Made by a program: the position numbers and the translations under genes
Notes under the pieces: generated by a model
Databases searched by the model: none
What the model was told of the DNA's origin: nothing
The model's input: only the letters and a program-made list of their open reading frames with translations
From: a virus
DNA length: 64,000 nucleotides
IMG/VR virus record: IMGVR_UViG_3300036766_000548
Coordinates: 14,012-78,011 of that record
Strand: one strand, 5' to 3'
In this document: piece after piece, positions 47,746 through 58,062 of the stretch
Numbering within the stretch: position 1 is the first letter of the stretch
Layout: every line of letters starts with the position of its first letter

Positions 47746-47943
47746 TCAAATGTCTTCGTGTTCAAGACAACCGGCAATTTCTTCGGCAGGATAAACCTCC
47801 ATTCTACCCAAAATATTTATAGCCTTTTCGTATAAAATTCTATCCTGTTCCCATTCCCATATTTTTCCTGTTGACGAATGTGTCCAGCTGCCCACTTCTT
47901 CCAGGTAATCGATAACGTCCCTAGCAAAATCATATATGTCCAT
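47746..47943 (-). CDS. Hypothetical protein
   Basis: TATAAT plus AGGAGG upstream. Confidence 0.55.
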   Translation of the reverse strand: MDIYDFARDVIDYLEEVGSWTHSSTGKIWEWEQDRILYEKAINILGRMEVYPAEEIAGCLEHEDI

Positions 47944-47994
47944 TTATTGCCTCCTGCCACTATTATATCGTGTATTCATATATTTTATCCCTCT

Positions 47995-49212
47995 TTATTC
48001 ATCTATCCCATGTTGTTCTTTCATTTCATCCATGAACCATTTCCAAGTCGGGCATTTCGCTCCAAAATGTTTCAAGTGTTTTATCCCTAAATGGCTGTTC
48101 AGAAAATCATAATAGCTATGAATGAACGTATCCTCATCCTCCAAACAATATTTGTAATTTATGTTTTCAGCTATCAGGTCATCGGCATTGTCTCGATACC
48201 ATGTATGCACGGAATATACCCTGGTCCAATATGCAAGGCCATCCCAATCACTATTATATAGCTCTTCAAAGTAATTTTTATAGATTTCTGGAACTTTATT
48301 GTAGATAGACTCGGCAATTACTTCGCGGGTCTTGGATGCCTTCTTCAAAATGGTTATATAAAACATTGAACTATTATTTATTGGATTAAACATGAATGAC
48401 CCTATATCTCGCGTCAACCAATTCTTGTTTTCTGATTCCCTGTCGTTTTCAAACCATGATAAATAATTCTTGGCCGAGCATTTCAGAACCATATATATTT
48501 GATTCCAATTTCCTTTGCACCTGTTTATCTCTTTTATTGTTTCATTTGTTATGTATGAAATATTCTTTTCAATAAACCAATCAGCTAGTTTATGCCTAGA
48601 TAGATATCGCCCTTCATAAAGATCATATAGGGCATCCTGGAATTTCTTCATTGATTTTGTATATATCTTGTGATCGGTCGGAAAGGTGAAGCTGAATAAC
48701 TTTCTATTGTCCGGCAATCGCAATTTGTCTAATTCAATTAATATTTTTTCGGTATTGGGAAGTAATTGTCCTAGTGATTTTTTAGTTTCTTGTTTGGGTT
48801 GTAATTTATTGATAATGCCTTCATCGAATAATCCATCGGTATATTGTACGCCTTTCATTTTAGCTATCACCTCCGGGCGAATGGCAACAAATGATTTATT
48901 GACTAGATTGATATTTACTTTCTGCCGTATCAATGGATATTCATTATAATTGCTTTTATTCTTTCCTGAAAGCCTATTTAACATGGCATTTATGGAAGTA
49001 TTGTTTTTTAGATATAACAAAGGAAGGTCTTTTATCACTTTTGTATAGGTGATCCAATAATAATCATGTTCTTTTTCTTCATTCAAATCATCAGGTAATT
49101 TTAGCATTCTGTTTGAATCCTTGAAGTTTATGAGCCATTCAAGGAAATAAGCATCATCCAAGGTTAAACCAAGTTTTACCAATTCCTTGTCATCATAGGA
49201 TGCTATATACAT
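47995..49212 (-). CDS. Putative replication initiator-like protein
   Basis: N-terminus (LGLTLDDAYFLEWL...YYWITYTKVIKDLP) resembles winged-helix phage replication proteins; structured leader and AT-rich region upstream. Confidence 0.45.
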   Translation of the reverse strand: MYIASYDDKELVKLGLTLDDAYFLEWLINFKDSNRMLKLPDDLNEEKEHDYYWITYTKVIKDLPLLYLKNNTSINAMLNRLSGKNKSNYNEYPLIRQKVNINLVNKSFVAIRPEVIAKMKGVQYTDGLFDEGIINKLQPKQETKKSLGQLLPNTEKILIELDKLRLPDNRKLFSFTFPTDHKIYTKSMKKFQDALYDLYEGRYLSRHKLADWFIEKNISYITNETIKEINRCKGNWNQIYMVLKCSAKNYLSWFENDRESENKNWLTRDIGSFMFNPINNSSMFYITILKKASKTREVIAESIYNKVPEIYKNYFEELYNSDWDGLAYWTRVYSVHTWYRDNADDLIAENINYKYCLEDEDTFIHSYYDFLNSHLGIKHLKHFGAKCPTWKWFMDEMKEQHGIDE

Positions 49213-49234
49213 TTTTTAACTCCCTTTAGTAAAA

Positions 49235-49340
49235 AGAAAACCCTTCCTTGCGCCACTACACGCTTAGAAGGGTTATATTATCCAAGAAAATCAGCTATTC
49301 AAGGTAGTGGTCTCGAATAGGTGATCTTGTTTTTCTTGAC
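49235..49340 (-). promoter_or_regulatory. Two-hairpin leader with complementary loops (attenuator-like)
   Basis: CCACTAC (49253-49259) in a terminator-like hairpin; GTAGTGG (49304-49310) in the neighbouring hairpin. Confidence 0.6.
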
Positions 49341-49526
49341 TCTATAAATATAACACATATCTATATAAAAATAAAATGGCTAAAAATAGAAATAACAGGA
49401 AGCGAAAAGCTTCTATGTATTTATTACTATAAATACTCTATCTCTTCTAATGTATTCTATCTCTTATACATAGAAAATGAACATTTTTCATCGATAGATA
49501 ATATCCATTTTCTATGGTAAAAACAA

Positions 49527-50093
49527 TTAAGCCTTCTTTGTCTTTGTCTTTAATTTTTCTTGTTCTTGTTCTATATATTCATATGTTACCTTTTCCATTT
49601 GTTCTTTATTCTTTTCAATGGTATCATCTATTTTATTAATTTGCTTTTTCAATGAATCTTTTTGTTTATCTAATACTTTCATTTGTTTAATCAATTCTTT
49701 GTTTTTAGTTGATTTTATATATGTATCTTTAATATCAATCTTTTTTCTCTTTTCATCTGGGAATTGCACCCATAATCCATTATAATGGTCTTGTGGACGT
49801 ATAGAGGTAATAACACCTTCTTTATAAAATGTGCTATGAATTTCCCAATCATCATCTACAAATATTGGAACATTTAATTTATATAGGTTTGGTTTATCGA
49901 TTCTATCGTCAATGAATCTTTTAGCTTCTTTCAAAGAAGTGTGTTCAGATTCTAAATCTTTATTGCCATCTTCTACTTCCCATGTTTCACAATATTCATT
50001 ATACTTTATTTTTATTCCTTTGTATATTTCTGAATATTTTTCTTCCTTGATTACTTTTTCTTGTCGAAACTTTTCAATTTGTAGTGTTTTCAT
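49527..50093 (-). CDS. Hypothetical protein with C-terminal coiled coil
   Basis: GAGG RBS, 188 aa. Confidence 0.6.
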   Translation of the reverse strand: MKTLQIEKFRQEKVIKEEKYSEIYKGIKIKYNEYCETWEVEDGNKDLESEHTSLKEAKRFIDDRIDKPNLYKLNVPIFVDDDWEIHSTFYKEGVITSIRPQDHYNGLWVQFPDEKRKKIDIKDTYIKSTKNKELIKQMKVLDKQKDSLKKQINKIDDTIEKNKEQMEKVTYEYIEQEQEKLKTKTKKA

Positions 50094-50160
50094 TTTATTC
50101 CTCTTTAATAAAATATTTCCAGTTTTTAAGAGTTCCCTGGGAAACTCTGAGAAAAATTAT

Positions 50161-50634
50161 TTATGAAGTTGCAATGTCTCGCTTTACCATATCAATTATC
50201 TTTGAATCGGTTAATCCTTCTTTCGCTTCTGCCATCTTTATTGCAGCTTGCTTCCTTTTTTCAACTCTAAGAAGATTATTTTTCTGATGTTCTATTTTTC
50301 TACTAAATCCATGGTGGACTCGTTTATCTTCTTCCATTTTAACGGATAAATAATTAAACCCATATTCATCACATAGCCATTTTCCGATTTGATTAATAAC
50401 CGTTCTTGCTTGTGATTTAAATACAAGAGCTGAATCAGGGTGTTTTGGTAATTTATAACCGGCTAAATTAATAATTTGTTCGTTATTAGGAAGAAATTCC
50501 CAATGAGGTTTCCATGTATTAAGATCAAAAAATATTGGAATGATCCTATTGGGGTTGACTTTACATCGGCCTCTTTTTCTTCCTCGCACTGCTTGTGGCA
50601 TTAGATACGGGCAAGTCTTTTTTCTTGTGCTCAT
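50161..50634 (-). CDS. Hypothetical protein
   Basis: GGAGG RBS; coupled to the upstream gene. Confidence 0.6.
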   Translation of the reverse strand: MSTRKKTCPYLMPQAVRGRKRGRCKVNPNRIIPIFFDLNTWKPHWEFLPNNEQIINLAGYKLPKHPDSALVFKSQARTVINQIGKWLCDEYGFNYLSVKMEEDKRVHHGFSRKIEHQKNNLLRVEKRKQAAIKMAEAKEGLTDSKIIDMVKRDIATS

Positions 50635-51383
50635 TCTTCTTCCTCCTCTGAGATATTAGAGATTAAAAGCTTTTTACTGTTAGTGGATTTTTCCTTTTTT
50701 AGTCTTTTGAAAATGTTGATAAACATTTCTACAGCCTCGCCCAATTTTTCTTTTGCTTTAGGACTTATATCATCCCAATGGTCGGTGTATAAAGTTAATG
50801 AATTACAAAGATTATTAATAATTTCGGCAGTCTTTAATACTTGTTCATTAATATCTTTGAATTTTGCTTTATCTTCATTGTCAACTTTTTTCTTTTCTTG
50901 TCTATTTTTTGTGTTTATAATATTTATTACATCGGAGGCGGTGGGGATTTCCTCATCTTCTCGCGCCTTCGCTATCGCTTGTTCTACCGCTTCAGGATTG
51001 GCATTCATGATTTCATAATTCCTTGCCTTGGTTATAGGCAATTTCATTTCTTTTAGCTTTGATTTTTTAGTGCCTTCCACCTCTATTTTAGGTGAATAGA
51101 GGTGCTTTTTTGGATCGCCACCTCCACCCTTTCCAGGTTGTTTTTCCAGTCTGCTACAGATTTCCCCAATCCTCGTTTCGATCCTGATAAGCATCTCCCC
51201 TGCATCCTGCCCATCGGAAAGCGTTGCGGCTCGCTGTTCCTCGGCAATCCCTAATTCCTTCATGGCCTTTATCTTTTCTGTGTAAGCCTTTACAGCGGCC
51301 CTCCCCATGAAAGAAAGAGGCACAAGTTCCTCCATCGTAGCGGGGAGCATCTTGTTCTTAATTGCAACGTCAAAAGTATTCAT
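50631..51383 (-). CDS. Hypothetical DNA-binding-like protein
   Basis: First gene after the leftward promoter; AAGGAG RBS. Confidence 0.6.
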   Translation of the reverse strand: MNTFDVAIKNKMLPATMEELVPLSFMGRAAVKAYTEKIKAMKELGIAEEQRAATLSDGQDAGEMLIRIETRIGEICSRLEKQPGKGGGGDPKKHLYSPKIEVEGTKKSKLKEMKLPITKARNYEIMNANPEAVEQAIAKAREDEEIPTASDVINIINTKNRQEKKKVDNEDKAKFKDINEQVLKTAEIINNLCNSLTLYTDHWDDISPKAKEKLGEAVEMFINIFKRLKKEKSTNSKKLLISNISEEEEE

Positions 51384-51411
51384 TCTTACTCCTTGAATGG
51401 CTCGATATCCA

Positions 51412-51556
51412 TATTATATATCATTACTCCATATTTTTATATTTAAATCGTCCTTTCTACATATTTTTTCATCTCTTCACCATTTGTACTTAACAGATTT
51501 TTAGTATTTTCGATATGCGATTTTATGTAAAAATGATGAATAATGATATATAATAG
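51412..51556. promoter_or_regulatory. Divergent promoter region
   Basis: TAATGATATATAATA on both strands (51412-51429 -, 51541-51556 +) at the strand switch. Confidence 0.7.
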
Positions 51557-51568
51557 TGAAAAGGAGCA

Positions 51569-51793
51569 TTGAAAATGGCAAAACCGGATTGGGTAGAGGC
51601 TATCAGGGATCAAAGATTTCATGGCAACGATTATGGCATCATTGTAAAATTAAAGAGAGGATTTTCGTTTACAAAATTTGAATATAATAGAATAAAAGAA
51701 TTTTCAGATCATGAGGAAGTCAATGAAGCAATCAAAATGAAAAATATTTATATCTATAATGGTGAAAGGGAAGTAATAAGTGTCCCCAACTGA
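51569..51793 (+). CDS. Hypothetical protein
   Basis: AAGGAG RBS after the rightward promoter. Confidence 0.55.
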   Translation: MKMAKPDWVEAIRDQRFHGNDYGIIVKLKRGFSFTKFEYNRIKEFSDHEEVNEAIKMKNIYIYNGEREVISVPN

Positions 51794-52907
51794 TTTTTAC
51801 AATATAATTAAAGTCCTTCCCGTCGGCCAATCAGGCTTCCCGACAAAACAAGCTATGGCTGATGCCACTGGTTTGAATATCTATAATGTCAAATTATTCT
51901 TGAAGGGACTTGTCAATAATGGCAAGATACGGATGGAAGGTAATTGGTATAAGTTTAATGAAGAAGTGCTTTCAAGAAAAGGGTTGGAAACGATTGATAC
52001 CGCAAAAGCCAACTTTAAGAAATGGATTGTTTCTGATCCTGTGGAATTGAATGGTTATATAGAAGAAATAAACAACGATAACCTTCCGTTAAATGACAAA
52101 TATTCCATTGCCATGCCAAAACGGTTCAAGACTAAAATGGACTCGTTTACGATACTTCGATATGTCATGGGCATTATCGGAATTTCCGCATCGGTCATGT
52201 CGGCATATTATACCCAGATTTGGCAGCATGAGACTTTAAGCATTTTCTGGTCATGGTTTTTATCGTTGATAATGATAGGATTTTCATCTACGGCATTTTT
52301 GACATTGATAGGAATATTGACAAAATCATTGAAAGGGAATTGGAAAAATATTGGCATAGCTGTAATATTTACTGTTTTATGGATTATATGTTTGATATAT
52401 TCGGTGCAAGTTACTTTTGCAGGGCGTTTCAATCAATACCAGGAAATAGTATTGAATAATAAATTAAGGGAAAATAGTAGTAATATAAATAGATTAAGAG
52501 TTTCTAATTTATCACAATCCATTGAAGAATTGAAATTGGAAAACACGAACAACCAGAAACAATTAGTTATATTGTTGAATCAACTGGATTATATCCAAGT
52601 AAATATGGGCGTAAAGGGTGAAACATTCCAAACAATACAAAGTAAAATAAGTAAAACGCAAGAAAAAATATCTATAATTAATGATAAAATAGAAAGTAAG
52701 AATATTGAATACGAAAAATTGCTAGGCGAAGTGTCATTGAATACAAACGAAGTCAAGTTCGGCTTCTATGATTGGGCTGCGAAAATCTATAAAACCGACA
52801 GGGGCAATATAGAATTTATATTTATTCTTTTCCCGTCATTATTTTTGGATATAGCCGCGCCCATCGCTTTGGCGGTATTTATGTTTTTAGGAAAGAAAAA
52901 GGAGTAA
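51780..52907 (+). CDS. Membrane protein with N-terminal HTH-like region and coiled coil
   Basis: TKQAMADATGL...VKLFLKGLV..GKI wHTH-like; 3 TMs, coiled coil, C-terminal TM. Confidence 0.65.
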   Translation: MSPTDFYNIIKVLPVGQSGFPTKQAMADATGLNIYNVKLFLKGLVNNGKIRMEGNWYKFNEEVLSRKGLETIDTAKANFKKWIVSDPVELNGYIEEINNDNLPLNDKYSIAMPKRFKTKMDSFTILRYVMGIIGISASVMSAYYTQIWQHETLSIFWSWFLSLIMIGFSSTAFLTLIGILTKSLKGNWKNIGIAVIFTVLWIICLIYSVQVTFAGRFNQYQEIVLNNKLRENSSNINRLRVSNLSQSIEELKLENTNNQKQLVILLNQLDYIQVNMGVKGETFQTIQSKISKTQEKISIINDKIESKNIEYEKLLGEVSLNTNEVKFGFYDWAAKIYKTDRGNIEFIFILFPSLFLDIAAPIALAVFMFLGKKKE

Positions 52908-53069
52908 TAGATTGGCAAAAGAAATAAAGAATGGTAAGGCAATGGAATTGGCCAATTGGTTGAAAGAAAATAAAAAAGAGCTTTGTATACGAGAAAATCT
53001 TTATGCAATTACATTGGATGAAGATAATTTTGATGCCCTTATAGAGTTGTTTATAAGGGTTTCAAAATT

Positions 53070-53348
53070 ATGAAATTATTATATTGTACGAAATGTCACG
53101 ATTTGTTTAAATTAACTAAATCAATAAAAAATTGTGAATGTGGTAATGTTTATGGGTGGTATGAGGACAATTTGAATGCCGTTTATTATGGCGATTCTGC
53201 TATTCCATTGGGGATAGATAATGGATCATTTGTTGATGCATTAAAGAATAGAAATAAAATTGGGTTAGGAATAAGATTTGAAGCCTTTGTCATTTCTGAA
53301 GAATGTTCAACTTTTTTACATAATATTGAAGAAAAAGAGGAAAGATAG
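53070..53348 (+). CDS. Hypothetical zinc-ribbon protein
   Basis: CTKC...CECG. Confidence 0.6.
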   Translation: MKLLYCTKCHDLFKLTKSIKNCECGNVYGWYEDNLNAVYYGDSAIPLGIDNGSFVDALKNRNKIGLGIRFEAFVISEECSTFLHNIEEKEER

Positions 53349-53805
53349 TATATAATAGCAATAAGGAGCTAATGATGGAAGTAGGCAATATTGTCAAATT
53401 GAATAATGGGAATGCAATTGCTGAAATTATAAAGATATTTTCAAACCAAAGTTATATAATTGAGTGTAAGGATAAACGTTTACAATTTGTTAGATTGGTT
53501 GATTCAAACGATCAACAAAGTGACTTGGCATTTTCTTCATGGTCAAATTTGTTTAAGAGATATTGATATGAATTTAAGAGAAGCAAATAATGAAGTTAAT
53601 AGAATAGAAAATATGGAACATGATGGCGAAAAACATATTGCTGAAGATAAACTATATCTGGCATTCATAAAATATATAGCTGAAGATTATGATTATGAAA
53701 TGCTAGGAATACTAGCAAAAGAAGTATTAAAAGTTAGTAAAATGCAATTTACTCGTTATTATGGATAACTAGAAATATTTTAGTAAATAGTCTATAATTG
53801 ATAAG

Positions 53806-54069
53806 ATGCCTGGATGGGAATACCGTAAGGAGTATAAAATGAGTTGTTATAATACTTTAATTTTTAATTGTCCTTCTTGTGGGTTTGATATAGAAAAACA
53901 AAGTAAGGGCGGAAATTGTTCACTTGGTATTTATAGAGCTGAAGAAGCCTCATTGAGTGATTTGGCTTATATTGAAGATGAAATCGTTACTTGCCATATT
54001 TGTGAAAAAAGTTTTAGAATAAAAATACAGAAAATAATTCGGCCTTATCTTCAAAAAATAGAGGATTAG
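53806..54069 (+). CDS. Hypothetical zinc-ribbon protein
   Basis: CPSC...CHIC; probable start at the internal MSCY. Confidence 0.55.
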   Translation: MPGWEYRKEYKMSCYNTLIFNCPSCGFDIEKQSKGGNCSLGIYRAEEASLSDLAYIEDEIVTCHICEKSFRIKIQKIIRPYLQKIED

Positions 54070-54074
54070 GATTA

Positions 54075-55169
54075 ATGATATCTGAAATAATTCTTCAAAA
54101 CTTCCAAAGCCACAAAAAAACATTAATAGAATTGCATCCTGGGATTAATTGCATTATTGGTCCCAGCAATAATGGGAAAACTTCTATTCTTCGCGGTCTC
54201 TATTGGGATTTATATAACCGTCCTTCAGGTGATTCATATATTGCCCATTGGAACAGGGATAAAAACGATAAGCCAATTAAATCCACATTTGTTAGGATTG
54301 CTACAGATAAGGGAACAATTGAACGTAAAAAGGGATATATAAAGCGAGATGATAAGTTATTAGATTTTAATGGATATATAGTAAATGCTTCTGAACTAGA
54401 AGCAATAGGTCAAAGTGTTCCTGATGAAGTAACTAATTTATTTAATTTAGATTCTGTCAATATTCAAAGGCAGACTGATGCCCCATTTTTATTATCAGAA
54501 AGCGCCGGTGAAGTGGCTAGGTTTTTTAATTCTACAATACGATTGGATCAAATAGATTCAGCATTGGCTAAAGCAGAAAGTAAGCGACGTGATACGAATA
54601 AAGAAAAAATACGATTAGAAAATGAATTATCTCAAATAGCTAAAGACATTGAAACATTTAATTGGTTAGAGCAAGCAGAAATTATTGCTAATAAAATAGT
54701 TAAATTAGAAAATAGGATTAATGAGAATGAAAATAAATCTGAAAGATTATCTAGTTTGCATGAAGATTTTAATGAAAGTATCGTTATAATAAGTAGTCAG
54801 GAGGTTATGTTATCCGCCGTTCCTTTGGTAAATAAAATAATAAAAATACAGGAATCGCTAGAACAAAAAATCGAAAGATATGAGCGATTACAAAATCTGT
54901 ATGAACAGTATATAGAACAAAATACTATAATCGAAGGAACGGCGGATTTTTCTTTGGCATATGAATTGATTGATAAAATAGAAAAATTAGATGACATAAT
55001 TGATAAAAAAAATAGTAAGAAGGAACGATTAGAAGAATTATTTGAAGAGTATAGAGAAAAAGAGAATAATATTATTACATTGAAAACGGATATTGAAAAA
55101 TTAGAAAAGCAATTACCAGAAAGATGTCCGATCTGTAATCAATTATTGAAGGGAGATAAATGTAAATGA
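54075..55169 (+). CDS. SbcC/Rad50-like ATPase, N-terminal half
   Basis: LQNFQSH, GPSNNGKTS Walker A, Q-loop, coiled coil, terminal CPIC hook. Confidence 0.85.
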   Translation: MISEIILQNFQSHKKTLIELHPGINCIIGPSNNGKTSILRGLYWDLYNRPSGDSYIAHWNRDKNDKPIKSTFVRIATDKGTIERKKGYIKRDDKLLDFNGYIVNASELEAIGQSVPDEVTNLFNLDSVNIQRQTDAPFLLSESAGEVARFFNSTIRLDQIDSALAKAESKRRDTNKEKIRLENELSQIAKDIETFNWLEQAEIIANKIVKLENRINENENKSERLSSLHEDFNESIVIISSQEVMLSAVPLVNKIIKIQESLEQKIERYERLQNLYEQYIEQNTIIEGTADFSLAYELIDKIEKLDDIIDKKNSKKERLEELFEEYREKENNIITLKTDIEKLEKQLPERCPICNQLLKGDKCK

Positions 55170-55936
55170 AGGGATTATCTATAATTGAAGAAAAAGAATT
55201 GATCACCGATGATTTAATATTTTTAGGGTATCGAGGAAGCATAGCTCATGGAATGTATGTTCCTAATACCGATCCTAATAGTATTGATGATAAAGATATT
55301 ATGGGAGTATATATAAACCCTATTTCTCATTATTTAGGGATCAATAAAAGTAAAGATGTTAGAGAAAAGTGGTATAAAGAATGGGATTGTGTTTATTATG
55401 AATTATTAAAAATTGTTTCTTTATTGATTAAAGGTAATCCAAATGTATTGGCTTGTTTATGGTTAGATGAACGATATATTATTTATCAAAATGATGCATG
55501 GAGAGAATTAGTAAAAATAAAAGATGCATTTACTTCTAAAAGTGTTTATCATTCTTTTTGTGGATATGCTCATGGGCAATTTCATAGAATGACTCATATG
55601 GCTTTTGATGGATATATGGGAGAAAAAAGGAAAAAGTTAGTTGAAAAATATGGATATGATTGTAAAAATGCGGCACATTTAATTCGTTTACTTAGAATGG
55701 GGATTGAATTTTTAACTGAAGGTGTTTTATATGTTGAAAGAAAAAACGATGCTACACAATTATTAGAAATTAAAAAAGGAGAATGGACTTTAGATCAAGT
55801 GAAAATAGAATCAGATAGATTATTTAGATTGTGCGAAGAAGCATATATTCATAGTAAATTACCAAATAAACCTAATGAAGAATTGATAAATGAAGTTTGT
55901 ATAAATATAATTAGGAATAGGATTATTAATGCCTAA
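55166..55936 (+). CDS. Pol-beta-family nucleotidyltransferase (RlaP/YcgL-like)
   Basis: RGSIAHG...DKDIMGV, GNPNVL, YDCKNAAHLIRLL. Confidence 0.85.
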   Translation: MKGLSIIEEKELITDDLIFLGYRGSIAHGMYVPNTDPNSIDDKDIMGVYINPISHYLGINKSKDVREKWYKEWDCVYYELLKIVSLLIKGNPNVLACLWLDERYIIYQNDAWRELVKIKDAFTSKSVYHSFCGYAHGQFHRMTHMAFDGYMGEKRKKLVEKYGYDCKNAAHLIRLLRMGIEFLTEGVLYVERKNDATQLLEIKKGEWTLDQVKIESDRLFRLCEEAYIHSKLPNKPNEELINEVCINIIRNRIINA

Positions 55937-56834
55937 ACTTATATGGTCGGCCGATTGGCATTTGTGTGATATCGCTCCTCGTTGTCGCATCGATGAAGAT
56001 TGGTATATTTTCCTAGAAAGTGTTATTCAGTTTATAGTAAAAACCGCAAATAAGAAAAATGCAATTTTAGGAATAGGCGGTGATTTATTCGGGAAACGTT
56101 CACCTAATGTTTCTAATTATTTATTGTCAATGTTTATTAAGAATATTTTACAAGTGAATAAGGGTACTAGGATTTTAGCTGGTAACCACGACGAGTATTT
56201 TCATAACTTTGATTATATATCTAAAACGTCATTTGGAATATTAGACGCATTTATTTCTTCTAATGAAAATAATGGAAAATTATCATATATAGATGATTTA
56301 GGGACATGGTATAATTTTAATGAAGAGATAATTAACCCTGATAGAGAAATTGCTTTTGTTCATAAGTTGGCATTTGAAAATAACAAAGTAATGCCTCCGA
56401 ATGTAAATGCTTGTACGGCGCAGGATTTATTAGATGAATACCCTAAAGCCAATTTGATTTTAATTGGGGACAATCATCATAGTTTTATTTATGAAAAGAA
56501 AGGCAGAAAGGTTCTAAATCCTGGGTGTATTTATCGCGGAGCAATTGACTTTGTTGATTATGAACCTTGTATTTATTTTATTGATACCGATAAAGATATT
56601 ATAGAAAAAATATTAATTCCTGATAATGGTAAATTAGTTGAAGATCGATATATGACTGAGCAGGGTGAAAGACTTGATAGGGTTGAAGCATTCGTAGAAA
56701 AAATAAAATCGAATGGGAAGATAACATTGGATTTCAAGGGTAATTGTCTGAATAAAATTGAAACTAATAAAAAGACCATGAAGAAAGAAACTATTAATTG
56801 TATTTTAGAATTACTAGGCGAGGAGGAAAAGTAG
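55929..56834 (+). CDS. SbcD/Mre11-like nuclease
   Basis: ADWH, GGDLF, AGNHD, GDNH, NPG metallophosphoesterase motifs. Confidence 0.9.
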   Translation: MPKLIWSADWHLCDIAPRCRIDEDWYIFLESVIQFIVKTANKKNAILGIGGDLFGKRSPNVSNYLLSMFIKNILQVNKGTRILAGNHDEYFHNFDYISKTSFGILDAFISSNENNGKLSYIDDLGTWYNFNEEIINPDREIAFVHKLAFENNKVMPPNVNACTAQDLLDEYPKANLILIGDNHHSFIYEKKGRKVLNPGCIYRGAIDFVDYEPCIYFIDTDKDIIEKILIPDNGKLVEDRYMTEQGERLDRVEAFVEKIKSNGKITLDFKGNCLNKIETNKKTMKKETINCILELLGEEEK

Positions 56835-56986
56835 ATGAAGGAAATAACGGTTATAATTGACGACAACAATAAAATATCCGTAGAATCTAATGATATTCCA
56901 ATGGCTAATGCTGCCTGTATTTTAGAAGTGGCTAGGGTCTGTATAATGCGAGATGTTGTTTTTGGTAAAGACGTTGGAGAATCTAA

Positions 56987-57229
56987 ATGACTCCACAAAA
57001 ATTTGCAGAAATCAAGCAATCTATCGAATCCGCTAAAAAGCGTTCCGATATGGCCGAAGGGGCTAAAAATAAAATATTGGAAAGTTTACTCAAGGAATTT
57101 TCTATCGATGATATTGATGATGTACAAATTGAATTAGAAAAAATGTCAAAGGATATTAAGAAAGATAAAAAGTCAAAAGAAGCATTGGAAACAGAATTGG
57201 AAGAAATGCATAATTGGGAGAAGGAATAA
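56987..57229 (+). CDS. Small coiled-coil protein in the SbcCD locus
   Basis: GGAG RBS; heptad-like sequence. Confidence 0.6.
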   Translation: MTPQKFAEIKQSIESAKKRSDMAEGAKNKILESLLKEFSIDDIDDVQIELEKMSKDIKKDKKSKEALETELEEMHNWEKE

Positions 57230-57417
57230 AATGGATAAAGTAAAAAGTGCAAATGAATTGGCGAAAGAGATAATCAATATATTTAATACTCTTAAAAAAG
57301 ATGAGGATATTTTAGATTCTATTCAAGGGAAATTAATGTTATGGGGAATTAGTATTGCAGATTTTGCTAAAGATAAACCATTGTCATGTTTGAATAATAT
57401 GATGTTTAAGTAAGTAA

Positions 57418-58062
57418 ATGAATATTCAATCTTACATTAATGTTATCGAACAAAATAAAGGCAAATTGTCTTCATTACAATTAAGGCAAAAAAGTTTACA
57501 ATCAGTTTATGATAAATTATTAGTATATCAAATATCATTAGAGGAAGCGCAAGCGTTTATCCAGGAAGTGGCAAAAAGTACTCAAGAGACTTTGAAGTTT
57601 AATATAGTTGACGTGGTAAATCTTGCTATTTCGGCTTGCTTTCCAAACATTACTTTTGATATTGATTTCAAAATATTAAATAATCGTACTGCGGTAAAAT
57701 TGTTATATAAAAAAAATGGCTATGAAATAGATCCATTAGAAGGTTCTGGATTAGGTTTAGTAGAACTAACTGCTATGGCATTGCGAATAGCATTATGGGA
57801 AATTGGACACACTGATAATGTATTGATATTCGATGAGCCATTAAAATCATTACAGCCGAGAGAATTGCAGCGCGAGGCTTTTAAGATAATTAGAGAAATA
57901 GCTGATAAGTTAAAAGTACAATTTATACTTGTGGCCAATTCGGTGGGATCAGAAAATATATTGGAAATAGCAGATAGAATTTTTGAAGTAGAGTTAAAAA
58001 ATGAAAAAATAAATAATGAAATTTACGAAGTATCAAAGGTGATAAGGAGGGATATTGCATGA
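57418..58062 (+). CDS. SbcC/Rad50-like ATPase, C-terminal half
   Basis: Coiled coil, signature-like GSGLG...ALRIA, Walker B LIFDEP. Confidence 0.8.
   Translation: MNIQSYINVIEQNKGKLSSLQLRQKSLQSVYDKLLVYQISLEEAQAFIQEVAKSTQETLKFNIVDVVNLAISACFPNITFDIDFKILNNRTAVKLLYKKNGYEIDPLEGSGLGLVELTAMALRIALWEIGHTDNVLIFDEPLKSLQPRELQREAFKIIREIADKLKVQFILVANSVGSENILEIADRIFEVELKNEKINNEIYEVSKVIRRDIA

Noticed and set aside
49340-49526. Replication origin
   Set aside because: AT-rich, next to a rep-like gene, with a doubled TCTATCTCTT, but no convincing iteron array.
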